Shown piece by piece: positions 63,999 through 64,000 of a stretch of DNA of 64,000 nt; position 1 is the stretch's first letter; every line of letters begins with the position of its first letter. The translations under genes were made by a program, and so were the position numbers. The stretch spans positions 1 through 64,000 of the forward strand of contig JBBIJY010000007.1 in the NCBI GenBank assembly GCA_037445735.1, read 5' to 3'. Origin of the DNA: Armatimonadota bacterium (GTDB lineage Bacteria > Armatimonadota > Fimbriimonadia > Fimbriimonadales > GBS-DC). The notes under the pieces were generated by a model. The model worked only from the letters and a program-made list of their open reading frames with translations. It was not told where the DNA came from and did no database searches.

Positions 63999-64000
63999 TC

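Overview
GC-rich bacterial chromosomal window. The gene content (3-POTRA BamA plus Skp/OmpH, a PEP-CTERM protein, a prepilin-type N-methylation protein, Firmicutes-like core genes) suggests a diderm Terrabacteria member such as Armatimonadota; this is inference. Most of the window is housekeeping: glmU-prs, cdsA, ECF sigma-bamA-skp, phoU-yggS-sepF, eno-pyk, rimO, priA, lon, dut, apt, dGTPase, tatD, transaldolase, pth, rpmB-murB, gdhA and four tRNAs. Small accessory insertions (decayed toxin-antitoxin modules, Uma2, Fic, an IS5 remnant) are scattered between these genes. The most notable observations are: (1) two AT-richer cassettes with the same layout, an ECF-like sigma gene followed by a cysteine-rich secreted protein and envelope partners, one of them broken by a G11 tract that looks like a phase-variation switch; (2) two convergent unannotated ncRNA candidates between tatD and tRNA-Gln, one folding like a circularly permuted 6S RNA and one a sigma28-type sRNA with anti-Shine-Dalgarno loops; (3) about 70 codons of palindromic repeat DNA inserted in frame in pyruvate kinase; (4) a tRNA-Arg with a GCG anticodon; (5) pervasive GG-TAnnnT promoters 6-11 nt before start codons, suggesting leaderless mRNAs. 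No database search was run: family assignments come from motif recognition, and frameshifts, especially in homopolymers, could be sequencing errors.
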